In this document: positions 39,756-49,738 of the stretch, in pieces
Layout: every line of letters starts with the position of its first letter
Position numbering within the stretch: the stretch's first letter is position 1
NCBI GenBank assembly: GCA_903889905.1
Contig: CAISZI010000048.1
Location: 70,668-134,667, forward strand
DNA from: Candidatus Wirthbacteria bacterium
Lineage (GTDB): Bacteria > Patescibacteriota > CG2-30-54-11
Direction of reading: 5' to 3'
Length of the DNA: 64,000 bases
Notes under the pieces: generated by a model
Told to the model about the DNA's origin: nothing
Databases searched by the model: none
The model's input: only the letters and a program-made list of their open reading frames with translations
Position numbers and translations under genes: made by a program

Positions 39756-40349
39756 ATGTTCAAAAAAATCATCCCGGTGGTCAGTCTGGTGGCAACACTA
39801 GGTGTCGCTGCGCCCAGTGCCTTTGCCAGTGTGCAAGTATCGTCGTCAAACACGACCAATTGTTCATTCAGCTCAACTTCTTCAGCCATGTTTTCGTCAC
39901 CATGCTTCCCTGCAATCAGTCCCATGCCCATGATCACTCAGCCCATCTTCCCCGTCGTGCAACCTGTCATTCCTGGTTTGACCAATTTTGGCAGTCAAGG
40001 TCTTTTCTTCTTCTCCCCATTCCTCTCACCTTCGCTGCCGGTAATCATGCCTACCATGCCAAGTGTTTATTTCAGCTCAGGGCTACTCTTTAATAGCCCT
40101 GTTACCACCAATTTGGTGAATATCACCAATCAGGCCTTTGCCCCGCTCTCAATTGCAATTCCCGTCGGGACAACCGTCATCTGGACCAACCATGACACAG
40201 CGCCTCAGTCCATTCTCTTCTTTGATGGGACTTCCTCGGGCCTGCTCAACCCTGGCCAGACGTTTGCCCACACCTTTATGCTGCCTGGCATCATGACCTA
40301 CTCGAGCAGCTTGTATCCAATGCTGATGGGTATGATTACGATTCAGTAA
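39756..40349 (+). CDS. secreted protein with C-terminal cupredoxin-like domain lacking Cu ligands
   Basis: Signal peptide. The C-terminal ~90 aa align to the plastocyanin/amicyanin fold (PVGTTVIWTNHDTAPQSI…GQTFAHTF…GIMTYSSSLYPMLMGMITI), but the Cys and the second His positions are Ser and Tyr. Confidence 0.4.
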   Translation: MFKKIIPVVSLVATLGVAAPSAFASVQVSSSNTTNCSFSSTSSAMFSSPCFPAISPMPMITQPIFPVVQPVIPGLTNFGSQGLFFFSPFLSPSLPVIMPTMPSVYFSSGLLFNSPVTTNLVNITNQAFAPLSIAIPVGTTVIWTNHDTAPQSILFFDGTSSGLLNPGQTFAHTFMLPGIMTYSSSLYPMLMGMITIQ

Positions 40350-40390
40350 AGCGGCGATCAGCGCCTCATCCCTGGCTTTAACGCCAAACA

Positions 40391-40422
40391 AAAAACCCGT
40401 CGTACTGATGACGGGTTTTTTG
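40391..40422. terminator. bidirectional Rho-independent terminator
   Basis: aaaaa-CCCGTC-gtactgat-GACGGG-tttttt between convergent genes (40349 + end and 40561 - end). Confidence 0.55.
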
Positions 40423-40560
40423 TAATTACAGTTCATCCCAATTCTCGATCTCAAGGAATCGGCATGCGTCTGATCGAATAAGTGACGACACGAAATGTTT
40501 ATGTTTTCCTTATCAACAGTGTCACTGATCCTGCGATACGCCAGGCCGGGTAACCCTTTC

Positions 40561-41367
40561 CTAAAACTCATGCCGATCCGAGACCAGCTTGCCACCGTCC
40601 ACAACCAGGGATTGACCATTGATAAACGATGACTCTGGGCTAGCCAAAAAAGAGACGACGTTAGCAATTTCCTCTACCTCACACACCCTTTGCATCGGGT
40701 ATTGTTTGGCAATATCGGCATACCAGATCGTCAGCTCCGCGGGCGTGCGACCATTTTCGGAATTGGCAATGCGAACAAAACCCGGGCAAATGGCATTGGC
40801 GCGGATTCTGGGCGCAAAGTCGACTGCCAGTGAATGCGTGAGCGCATTGATGGCTGCCTTGGAAACAGAATAGACGGCAAAATCCGGCAGTGCGTTAAAC
40901 GCTCCGATCGAGGAAATATTGATAATGGTCGCCTGCTCGGACTTGAGCATGAGCGGAATGCAATATTTACACATTTTAAAATAACTGCCCAAATTCACGA
41001 GCATGGTTTTGTCCCATTCCGCTTCATCGATCTCGGCGACACTTTTGGCCATGCCTGGACTGTACCGGGAGACACCATTGACCAGGCAATCAAGTCGACC
41101 GTAGCGTTGTTGCGTTTGCTCAACGATCTGTTTAACACCTGTTGTGGTCGCCACATCCGCCCGCATAAACGTCGCCTCGCCGCCCTGCTCACGAATCAGC
41201 TCAACCGTGCGCGCACCCATCTCGCCTTCGTCTACGACCACCACCACAAAACCATCTTTGGCCAGACGCAAAGCATTGGCTCCACCGATCGAAGGCCCGC
41301 CAGATTGGTACCCCATGGCTGCACCGGTGACAATTGCTACTTGGGATGAGGACATTGGCGACTCCAC
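40561..41367 (-). CDS. SDR-family oxidoreductase (FabG/FabI-like)
   Basis: TGAAMG…G N-terminal Rossmann motif with an insertion, catalytic YSVSKAA (YxxxK), 268 aa. Confidence 0.65.
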   Translation of the reverse strand: MESPMSSSQVAIVTGAAMGYQSGGPSIGGANALRLAKDGFVVVVVDEGEMGARTVELIREQGGEATFMRADVATTTGVKQIVEQTQQRYGRLDCLVNGVSRYSPGMAKSVAEIDEAEWDKTMLVNLGSYFKMCKYCIPLMLKSEQATIINISSIGAFNALPDFAVYSVSKAAINALTHSLAVDFAPRIRANAICPGFVRIANSENGRTPAELTIWYADIAKQYPMQRVCEVEEIANVVSFLASPESSFINGQSLVVDGGKLVSDRHEF

Positions 41368-41411
41368 TTTCTAAAAATTTGATCCAAGTGGATGTTAGCA
41401 CAAAAAAAGGC

Positions 41412-43550
41412 TCAATCCTGGTTGCGTCGCAAAAAAATCCGCGCCAGACGGATAGCTTCATAGGAATATTTTTCACCCAGATTTTCCTTGGCCGCAACCA
41501 GCGACCAACCCGCTGCAGCAAGTGCACGGTGAATTATTTCCAGCTGACTTTCATCGGGTCGCAGATGTTCGATCGACAAATCTGGTTCCTGCTGCAACAA
41601 TTTCTCAATATGCCCAAGCACGGTGGCTGGAACCAGTCCACGCCGAGCGGCAATGGCCTCCAAACCCAAACCAGACCGAAGCAGTTCCCTTGTCTGCGAA
41701 TAGGTTACCCCAAGGTATTTGGGTGCCGGCGAGCGGGACACGGCGCGTTGAATTTCGTTCACTCCGGTTTCCCGCGCATAATCACGAACCACGCCAAGGA
41801 ATTCCAACCCAAACTGTTCCCATTTTTGGCGACCCACCCCAAAAGTTTGCAACAGACTGGTTTCACTTTGGGGAAAATAAGCGGCCATTTCACGCAGGGT
41901 TTTATCCCCAAAAATCACATAAGGCGGCACGCCACGCTGATCTGCCAGCGACTTGCGCAGGATACGCAGACGATCAAACAGAATGGGATCAACGGGCATC
42001 GCGTCAATGGATTGATCCAATCCTTTGCCAGATTTGGGTTGCATGGACGATGACAAGCTCAAACTTTGCTTCTGCTCCAGGAAATCCCTGCCTTTGGGTG
42101 TCATCAATAGCACTGGATATTCGCCGGTGCTCTGGGCCAGTAAATGCAGGGAAATTAATTGACGGATAATACTTACCAGTTCGGTTTTCTTGTGTGCCTT
42201 AAGTGTGCCAAACACTGGCAGCAAGTGGTGATTAAAACGTTCGCTGCGTTCGTCTGATTTTCCCAGCAGCACTGACGCCACATAACCAATACCAAAACTC
42301 TCACGCGTTGCCTGGACAGCCGTCAAAATCGTCCGCGTCACATCGGTCGCATCTACCTGCACAGTCTCGCCCAGGCAATTGTCACAGTTGTCACACTTGT
42401 CCCGCGGCATCACTTCGCCAAAATGCCCGAGCAAATACTGACGACGGCAAGTGGAAAGGTCTCCAAACCTCAACACTTCTTCCAACTTGGCCCAGGCTTT
42501 TTGTTGTTCGGCTTCGGTTTCGAGCTGGTCAATGAAAAAAGCGTGTTTGCGACGATCGCCGTGTGAAAAAAACAGCACACATTCCGCTGGTAGTCCATCC
42601 CGGCCAGCGCGCCCGGTTTCCTGATAATACGCCTCCACCGACTTGGGTAAATCACAGTGCACAACAAGACGAACATTGGATTTATCGATGCCCATGCCAA
42701 AGGCAATGGTGGCAATGATCATGTCGATTTCGTCCCTGATAAACTGGTCCTGCACGTGCGACCGAGTAGCGCTATCCAGTCCACCATGGTACGCCGCTGC
42801 CTTGAAACCGCTGTGCTGCAAACTCTCGGCCAGTTCCTCGGTACCTTTGCGCGAAAAACAGTAGACGATACAGCTCTGGCCACGGTATTTGTCCAGAAGG
42901 TCATGTAAACTGGTGGCCATGCCTTTTTTGGGCATTACCACATACTTCAAATTAGGCCGGTCAAAACTGGCAAGGAAAACCGCCGGCTCCCGCAGCTGCA
43001 GTTGCGTGACAATGTCGGCCCGTACCTTATCCGTGGCAGTCGCCGTCAGCGCCATCATTGGAACGCGTGGAAACCACTGCCGCAAAATGCGTAATTCGCG
43101 ATAATCCGGCCTGAAATCGTGGCCCCATTCCGAAATACAGTGTGCCTCATCAATGGCGATCAAACTGATGGGCAAGTCACGGATAAATGAGGCAAACCCC
43201 ATGGCCGCGAGCCGCTCTGGGGCAATGTACAAAATCTTGATCTGGCCCGCTTGTGCGGCGCGCTGGACTTGGGCAATTTCGGCGCCAGAAAGTGAACTGT
43301 TGATCAAAGCCACGGCCACACCACTTACCCGCAGTTGATCCACCTGGTCTTTCATCAAGGCAATCAGCGGCGACACCACGATCGCCATCCCGGTCATTTT
43401 GATCGCCGGCAGTTGGTAACACAGCGATTTGCCGCCACCAGTGGGCATGATCGCCAGGGTATCGCGTCCCTGCATCACACTGGCGATGATCTCCTGCTGC
43501 AACGGGTAAAATGAATCGTACCCAAACACTTGCTTCAATAATTCCTGCAT
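41412..43550 (-). CDS. recQ: ATP-dependent DNA helicase RecQ with RQC, HRDC and an extra C-terminal extension
   Basis: FGYDSFYPLQQEII, Walker A MPTGGGKSLCYQLPA, DEAH (IDEAHCISEWGHDFR), Zn-binding CxxC pair (CRRQ…CDNCDNC), HRDC-like region. Total 712 aa. Confidence 0.85.
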   Translation of the reverse strand: MQELLKQVFGYDSFYPLQQEIIASVMQGRDTLAIMPTGGGKSLCYQLPAIKMTGMAIVVSPLIALMKDQVDQLRVSGVAVALINSSLSGAEIAQVQRAAQAGQIKILYIAPERLAAMGFASFIRDLPISLIAIDEAHCISEWGHDFRPDYRELRILRQWFPRVPMMALTATATDKVRADIVTQLQLREPAVFLASFDRPNLKYVVMPKKGMATSLHDLLDKYRGQSCIVYCFSRKGTEELAESLQHSGFKAAAYHGGLDSATRSHVQDQFIRDEIDMIIATIAFGMGIDKSNVRLVVHCDLPKSVEAYYQETGRAGRDGLPAECVLFFSHGDRRKHAFFIDQLETEAEQQKAWAKLEEVLRFGDLSTCRRQYLLGHFGEVMPRDKCDNCDNCLGETVQVDATDVTRTILTAVQATRESFGIGYVASVLLGKSDERSERFNHHLLPVFGTLKAHKKTELVSIIRQLISLHLLAQSTGEYPVLLMTPKGRDFLEQKQSLSLSSSMQPKSGKGLDQSIDAMPVDPILFDRLRILRKSLADQRGVPPYVIFGDKTLREMAAYFPQSETSLLQTFGVGRQKWEQFGLEFLGVVRDYARETGVNEIQRAVSRSPAPKYLGVTYSQTRELLRSGLGLEAIAARRGLVPATVLGHIEKLLQQEPDLSIEHLRPDESQLEIIHRALAAAGWSLVAAKENLGEKYSYEAIRLARIFLRRNQD

Positions 43551-43694
43551 CCCGACTCCTCCCCACTAGTTTGACAAAACAGCAAAATAAATTTGCTGCT
43601 CCTTTATACGCGAGGGTCGAGCAGGAAAGCAATTTTTGCACCCAATTTGAAACCAACTTGATACTGTTTTGAGACGGTCCAATCACTTCTGCCC

Positions 43695-45431
43695 CTAACC
43701 GAACGTAAACGTGTAGGCCAGAATGCCCGGTGTTTCGAACTCCAACCGCAACACATGCTGCTCAGTTTTGCCGCGCAAATCCACCAGGTTATACAAACGG
43801 TCACGGTCGAGGATGACTGCGCTATTTTGGACATCTGATCCCGCCCGTAACGGATCAATCCGGTTGCCATCCAGATAAACGTTGACTTTGCCACCCGTCG
43901 CCGTGCCGGGCCGCAGGATGATAAACACTTTGCTGGCCAGAAAGTTTTCACTCAGCGTGGCCTTTTCCCCTGCCTCGGCAAATTCACCCGCAATGCCCCA
44001 ACTACCGCCCAGACTGAACGTTCCTGATGCCGGATTTGAGCTCAATGTGAACTGCCTTGTTCCGTTACCGAGGCTACCATCAGGATAATAATACTGGGCG
44101 CGACTGGAACCAAAATACGTTTCCGGCGTGAGTCGAGTTTGCGGTGTCTGGTCAGGCAAAGTCGTCACCGTGGCAGTCACCGTTTGACCTGCTTCAAGCA
44201 GTAACGCCCGGATTGCCTGTTCCATCTCGTCATAACCACCTTCGCCAAAATCCGTCCGCCGGATTATTCCTTTGGCATCAATCAGATATTCGGCAGGCCA
44301 GTATTCATTGTTGAAATTATTCCAGGTGGCATAGTTATTATCCTGCGCCACCGGATAATGGATTTTGAACTGATTGATGGCGTTTTGGACATTCTGCGTT
44401 TCTTTTTCAAACGCAAATTCTGGCGTATGCACCCCAATCACTTCCAGCCCTTGGCTATGGTACTGGTCGTACCAGCTGGTTACATGTGGCAAGGTCCGCA
44501 GGCAATTAATACAGGTGTAGGTCCAGAAATCCACCAGCACCACCTTGCCCCGCAAATCCGCAAGACGGAGCGGTTGATTGGTATTGAGCCAATGGTCAAT
44601 GCCGGTAATGGCTGGTGCGGGTTGGTTCACATTAAATAAACCCGGAACTACCGCCGCTAAAGCAGAGGATTTGCCTTGCAGTTGTGACAGCTGCTGCTCC
44701 ACAACAGGGCTACTTTCAAATCCATTCAAAGCCGTAGCCAGCGCCGGAAACTCGTTGAGTAATTGCAATTGCAGTGTTTGGGCATAATTTGTGTAAAGCG
44801 CTACCGCAGCCAAAATCATGACAACACCAAAGCCTTGCCGCAGTAACTTGGTATATCGACCCAATCTGCGCGTCCGCCCTATCAACCGTTGCCCGCCATA
44901 AGCCATGACAAAGAGAGGAATACCCACGCCAGCAACATAGGTCAGTGTCATCAGGACGACAAACAGGGTGACTTTGCCGGTAGCTGCCAGTGCTGCGATT
45001 GTCGCCAAAATGGGTCCGGCGCAAGGGCTCCAGACAATACCGAGAGCCCATCCCGTAAGTACCCCCGGCCAAAACCCCGTGCGTTGGTCTCTGGGGTGTC
45101 CAAAACGTGACGAAAATCTTGATAAAACAACTTCTAACCGCGCACCCAGTTGCGGGATGACCATGCTGATGCCCAGTAGCCCTATCACCCACATCGCCAG
45201 CAAACGTAAACCACTTGGATCGAGGTGCAGGAGGCGCACCAGTATTGCCAGTGCCAGGGTAAAAAAGGCAAAACCTCCCATCAACCCCAGACAGATTCCC
45301 AAGGGGCGCCAGATATTTTTTTCCCCAGCCAGGGACGCCGACAAAACCACGGGCAGCAATGGCCAGATACACGGTGCTGCGATCGTTACCAGGCCGGAGA
45401 TAAAAGCAAACAGCAGCAATAGCATCGCCAA
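43695..45431 (-). CDS. fused CcdA/DsbD transmembrane thiol-disulfide transporter plus TlpA-like thioredoxin (WTYTCINC) plus C-terminal beta domain
   Basis: N-terminal 6-8 TM helices with conserved Cys (AAPCIWPLLP, SPCAGPIL), then a thioredoxin-fold domain with the CxxC active site and a ~170-aa C-terminal domain. Confidence 0.7.
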   Translation of the reverse strand: MAMLLLLFAFISGLVTIAAPCIWPLLPVVLSASLAGEKNIWRPLGICLGLMGGFAFFTLALAILVRLLHLDPSGLRLLAMWVIGLLGISMVIPQLGARLEVVLSRFSSRFGHPRDQRTGFWPGVLTGWALGIVWSPCAGPILATIAALAATGKVTLFVVLMTLTYVAGVGIPLFVMAYGGQRLIGRTRRLGRYTKLLRQGFGVVMILAAVALYTNYAQTLQLQLLNEFPALATALNGFESSPVVEQQLSQLQGKSSALAAVVPGLFNVNQPAPAITGIDHWLNTNQPLRLADLRGKVVLVDFWTYTCINCLRTLPHVTSWYDQYHSQGLEVIGVHTPEFAFEKETQNVQNAINQFKIHYPVAQDNNYATWNNFNNEYWPAEYLIDAKGIIRRTDFGEGGYDEMEQAIRALLLEAGQTVTATVTTLPDQTPQTRLTPETYFGSSRAQYYYPDGSLGNGTRQFTLSSNPASGTFSLGGSWGIAGEFAEAGEKATLSENFLASKVFIILRPGTATGGKVNVYLDGNRIDPLRAGSDVQNSAVILDRDRLYNLVDLRGKTEQHVLRLEFETPGILAYTFTFG

Positions 45432-45701
45432 CCTTTACTTAAAAACGTCACAAATCAATGGTTGATACGGAAAAACTTTGTAAACATATATTACATCAAA
45501 ATTGGACAAATTAAGATAAATTTAGTATTAATATAAACAATCCAAAATTGCACTCTTTTGAATTTACCTGTCTTCACCTTAAATAATTCTAATAGCCAGG
45601 AATTAAGCAGTTTAGTGTGACTATTTCAAAAAGTATTTGACATACTAATAGCAAAATGATATCAGATGAGATGAAATCACTATTCAACAAAAGGAATACC
45701 A

Positions 45702-46889
45702 ATGCAAATCAAGAAAATTCTGCCAATTATCACCCCAGCCGTGCTACTGATTACGCTCGCCGCCATGACCGCCACCCCCCTGGTCACCGCCGCCATCGTC
45801 ACCTGCAGCAACACCAATACCCAAAGTGGCTCTGTCAATCACTGTACCAATACGGTTTTCCTGCATGCAGCCATTTCCAATGCCCAATCCGCAATGGTCG
45901 CAAATGCCAGCAATCAGACAGGCACTACCGGTGGCAATGTGATCAGTAATATCAATGGCAATGTAACCTACACTACGGGTTCTGTGGACACAACTGCCAG
46001 CGCCCAGACCACAGTCAATCAGACCACCAATACCATTGCCGCTGCGACCGACGCCATTGCGGTCTCTGCCAGCAATGACAAAACGGGTGCGAACTCAACA
46101 AATACGGCTGCCAATACCGTTGTCGTAGATCAGACGGTTGCCACCATCAATACTATGCAAACAACCAGTACCGCCGTCGTTAATAACAATTCCGGTCAAA
46201 ACGCCGTCACCGCCGTCAACGGCAATGTGACGGGCTCGACTGGCCCAGTCAAATCCGCGGTCACCCAAGCCACCACTGGCAACGTTGTCCAAAACAATAT
46301 CGCGCCGCCAGTTGCCATTACTGTCAATGCGAACAACACCAATACGCAATCCAACTCAACCAATACCACCACCAACACCACGAGCAGTACGACGAACGTA
46401 GCCAACAGCAGCACCTGCGGTGTCAACAACGTTGATCTCGTCGCCAACAACTCCGGCAATAACGCAAACGGTTCCGTCAATGGCAACATTTTCATCCATA
46501 GTGGCGGCACAACCTCCCAGCTGAATCAAGGTTCTCAATGCAATCAGGCCACCACCGCCGTCAACACACCGCCTACCACCCCTGTTGTTCCGACGACTCC
46601 CCCAACGACGCCCACCACACCTGGGACCACCACCACGCCGACGACCCCACCCGATGCAACCAAACCCGCGGGACAAGTGCTGGGTGCCGAGACAACCAAT
46701 ACCAATACCCCTGCCGATACCACTTTGACCAAGCCCAGAGTTTTGGCAACTGTGGTTACCAAACTTGCCACGACCGGGTCTGACCTCAGCGTCGTCATCC
46801 TGATCATTTGCCTGGTTACAGGAGGCTTTGGGTTTTACCAACTAAGTCGCCAGCTACGCCAGGGTAAAGACATTTTCTCGAATCGTTAA
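45702..46889 (+). CDS. Thr/Asn-rich cell-surface protein with C-terminal LAxTG-type sorting signal
   Basis: Signal peptide (ILPIITPAVLLITLAAMTATPLVTA), ~300 aa of T/N/S/V low complexity, Pro/Thr-rich stalk. C-terminal LATTG plus hydrophobic helix plus RQLRQGK tail (sortase-substrate architecture). Confidence 0.5.
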   Translation: MQIKKILPIITPAVLLITLAAMTATPLVTAAIVTCSNTNTQSGSVNHCTNTVFLHAAISNAQSAMVANASNQTGTTGGNVISNINGNVTYTTGSVDTTASAQTTVNQTTNTIAAATDAIAVSASNDKTGANSTNTAANTVVVDQTVATINTMQTTSTAVVNNNSGQNAVTAVNGNVTGSTGPVKSAVTQATTGNVVQNNIAPPVAITVNANNTNTQSNSTNTTTNTTSSTTNVANSSTCGVNNVDLVANNSGNNANGSVNGNIFIHSGGTTSQLNQGSQCNQATTAVNTPPTTPVVPTTPPTTPTTPGTTTTPTTPPDATKPAGQVLGAETTNTNTPADTTLTKPRVLATVVTKLATTGSDLSVVILIICLVTGGFGFYQLSRQLRQGKDIFSNR

Positions 46890-46916
46890 AAACCCGCCAA
46901 GAATCAGTTGCCATCC

Positions 46917-46950
46917 CCAAAAACCACCTCGCATGAGGTGGTTTTTTTTG
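46917..46950. terminator. bidirectional Rho-independent terminator
   Basis: ccaaaaa-CCACCTC-gcat-GAGGTGG-tttttttt between convergent genes. Confidence 0.6.
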
Positions 46951-47077
46951 GGATCTGGCAAAACCATTTAGAAGACATGATAAATATCAAAAATCTAACA
47001 GACTTATTTCCTGAATTATGGTCTGACGCTGCAGGCCTGATCAAATTATTGATGATCGGTCATAGTAAATAAAAAAA

Positions 47078-48274
47078 TCATTTGCTTCGCATGACCGGAC
47101 TGCTACAACGAAACCCTACGTCATCGATATTGGTCTTGGCGGCAACCGGACTTAAATGAATACAAAAAGCACCGGAATCATAACCATGCCGCCAGTTGCC
47201 GCCCCGGATAAACGTATAAAGCGTCGTGTTGGTATCATGGCTTGCGCTGTAATGATAGATCCTGCCGACGCCATTCGTGGAATTCCAGGCTGGGTTGGTG
47301 GGACGGAACGCGTCATAACCCAAACTAGGTGGTGACCCGTCATCCGTAATCACGGTGCCAAGTCCGCCGGGAGCAAATTCACTCCACATCCACCCCTGAT
47401 CCAGTTTGCCCGATGTTCTCGATTGTGGCTGCTGGTTGCGGGGAATTTCGGCATCAACCCACTGCCAGACATTGCCAGCCAGATCCCAGACAATCGTCCC
47501 GTTGCTTAATGCTAGTGTCCGCTTTTGCGAACTTTTGCCACCGCACTGATTGGAACCATCGGTGGTCGTACCATAACAAGCCTGATCGTCATTGCCGGCA
47601 ATCAGGGCTCCATTTGTGCCCGCACCGGCCAGCGACTGATTATTGGCGTCGTTGTGTCCATTGGCCAGAATCATCCCTGCTGCTCCCGGCTGAGCCCCGC
47701 AATTCGTTCCGTTTTTATTACACCAATTGGCGTTTACCTGCTCGATATTACGCGCTATCGTCATCCATTCGTTGTTAGTGAGCAGATGACTGCCTTGGGC
47801 CTCACAATAAATTTTGGCACTGTTGGCTGTCCCGTCGGCTTCGGGAATATAGGTAATTGGAAAACCGGAAGCCGTGGAAACGACCTGTTTGTCGCCCGTG
47901 CAGGCGCAACCCTTGCCGTTATTGCGGTAGGTGCCCGTCAACAGATTGCCATTTGTCCCGGCGCAGCTACCGCTGACAGGTTCCAATCCCTGAGATAGAT
48001 CACTGGTTGATGCGCATTTGGCATCATATTTCATCACGCAGAAATCTGTTGTCCCATAAGCAGGGTTCCCCGGAACCATGACAAATCCCGCCGGACAGCT
48101 CGCAATCGGTTGAGCGATGGGTGCGGAAACAACGGGCATGCTAACAGGCGTCGAAGGAACCGCGGCAAGTTTGCCCGGCATGACTGCAGCAGGACTAAGG
48201 TAGACATAAACAAGTAAACCCAATACCATTAAAACAACCGTCATGGCGATGGGGAAAAACATTTTTTTGATCAT
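47078..48274 (-). CDS. membrane-anchored formylglycine-generating-enzyme (FGE/SUMF1) domain protein with Cys/Gly/Asn-rich insertion
   Basis: TM anchor. FGE-sulfatase domain blocks CPAGFVMVPG, GSHLLTNNEWMTIARN, NVWQWV, RGGNWRHG…DDVGFRCSSP. Confidence 0.65.
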   Translation of the reverse strand: MIKKMFFPIAMTVVLMVLGLLVYVYLSPAAVMPGKLAAVPSTPVSMPVVSAPIAQPIASCPAGFVMVPGNPAYGTTDFCVMKYDAKCASTSDLSQGLEPVSGSCAGTNGNLLTGTYRNNGKGCACTGDKQVVSTASGFPITYIPEADGTANSAKIYCEAQGSHLLTNNEWMTIARNIEQVNANWCNKNGTNCGAQPGAAGMILANGHNDANNQSLAGAGTNGALIAGNDDQACYGTTTDGSNQCGGKSSQKRTLALSNGTIVWDLAGNVWQWVDAEIPRNQQPQSRTSGKLDQGWMWSEFAPGGLGTVITDDGSPPSLGYDAFRPTNPAWNSTNGVGRIYHYSASHDTNTTLYTFIRGGNWRHGYDSGAFCIHLSPVAAKTNIDDVGFRCSSPVMRSK

Positions 48275-48289
48275 TTTTATGCTAACAAA

Positions 48290-48622
48290 TTACCGAATAA
48301 AATTACCGGACACGGACCGGCAAGCTTCCTCCAATTTCGCCTTTCGCTCAGTGCCATCTAGACTATCTGCAAATTGCTTGATCCGGCGCCGCACGTCATT
48401 CAGTCTTCGCTCAACCTCGCTGTGTCCTTTGGGATCATCAAACCCAAGTCCGGGCTTGAGTAATGTACGGTGACTATCGGCCACACTTTCTGCCATGACA
48501 AGCTCAACAAACAGGTTGTATTTGTCATCCTCGCCAATAAATCCTTCGTCAGACCTGGCAAGCAGCATTTCTATGACATCAAGAATTAGATGAACGGATG
48601 CATAGGTATTCCCAATTTCCAT
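48290..48622 (-). CDS. hypothetical cytoplasmic protein, co-oriented 15 nt upstream of the FGE-domain gene
   Basis: 110-aa acidic ORF, no motif recognised. Confidence 0.3.
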   Translation of the reverse strand: MEIGNTYASVHLILDVIEMLLARSDEGFIGEDDKYNLFVELVMAESVADSHRTLLKPGLGFDDPKGHSEVERRLNDVRRRIKQFADSLDGTERKAKLEEACRSVSGNFIR

Positions 48623-48870
48623 TGATTCACCTGCTAATTTATTTTGTATTCCATACTCTTGATATTAAAGAACAATGGGAAAAATAACAAATATATTTAG
48701 TAACGACTCTCAACAATCCATGATCATCATGTTTCATGAGTGCCATTAATATTGACTTCGCATTGAGAATGCCGGCATTTTTGGTGAACCTGGTTAAACG
48801 TGATACAACTTTTGGTGACGCAATTCACCCTGGCCAATCTCGGCTTAATCTAACGAAACTAGGACAAAAA

Positions 48871-49725
48871 ATGAACAGAGACATCACCCACAAAGTCATC
48901 CTGATTACCGGCGCCACGGATGGCATGGGCCTGGAAACGGCACGGGCACTGGCGAAGCACAATCCGAGACTTGTTCTGGTTGGGCGAAATGCCACCAAAG
49001 GTCAGCGAGTGGTGGAGGAGCTCAAACAAGAATCCGGAAACCAGGCGATCGAATTTATGCAAGCCGACCTTTCGGCCCAACAAGACATCCGGGAATTGGT
49101 CAAGACATTCAAATCCAAATACGACCGTCTGGATGTTCTGATCAATAACGCCGGGGCTTATATCCCCGTCAAACAACTTTCGGCTGATGGCTTTGAGATG
49201 ACCTTTGCGCTCAATCACCTGGGGTACTTCCTCCTGACCAATCTGCTCCTGGACGAGCTGACCCGCTCCGCTCCCTCCAGAATTATCAATATCTCATCGG
49301 CTGCGCACGCCAGTGCGAGATTCGATATCAATAATCTCAACAGCGAAGGCAAATACTCCCCCTGGAACGCCTACGCCACCTCCAAACTGGAGAATCTCTA
49401 CTTCACCTACGAACTGGCCGACAGGCTCAAGGGAACCGATGTCACGGTCAATGCCGTCCATCCGGGCCTGGTCAATTCCCAATTTGGCAAACAAGGCAGC
49501 GGCCCATTTCTGGCCATTTTCCGGCTTATGCAGAAATTCATCGGCAAAACAGCTGCCAATGGCGCCAAAACGAGTATTTATCTGGCGCTGGCTGATGAAG
49601 TTGAAGGAATAACGGGATCATATTTTGCCAATGAAAAAATGGCGCAGTCGAGTAAGGTGTCGCAGGATAGGGAGATGGGGAGGAAATTGTGGGAGATGTC
49701 GGAGAAGATGACGAGAATTAATTAA
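48871..49725 (+). CDS. SDR-family oxidoreductase (retinol dehydrogenase/WWOX-like classical SDR)
   Basis: Start at MNRDITHKVILITGATDGMG. NNAG, YxxxK (YATSK). The tracked ORF begins 135 nt earlier but lacks an RBS. Confidence 0.7.
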   Translation: MNRDITHKVILITGATDGMGLETARALAKHNPRLVLVGRNATKGQRVVEELKQESGNQAIEFMQADLSAQQDIRELVKTFKSKYDRLDVLINNAGAYIPVKQLSADGFEMTFALNHLGYFLLTNLLLDELTRSAPSRIINISSAAHASARFDINNLNSEGKYSPWNAYATSKLENLYFTYELADRLKGTDVTVNAVHPGLVNSQFGKQGSGPFLAIFRLMQKFIGKTAANGAKTSIYLALADEVEGITGSYFANEKMAQSSKVSQDREMGRKLWEMSEKMTRIN

Positions 49726-49738
49726 TAGGCGAATTAAC

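Noticed and set aside
45760-46700. Apparent tandem repetition (ACC/ACA/AAC-rich) inside 45702-46889
   Set aside because: This is codon-level low complexity encoding Thr/Asn-rich protein sequence, not a DNA tandem-repeat array. No exact unit periodicity was seen.
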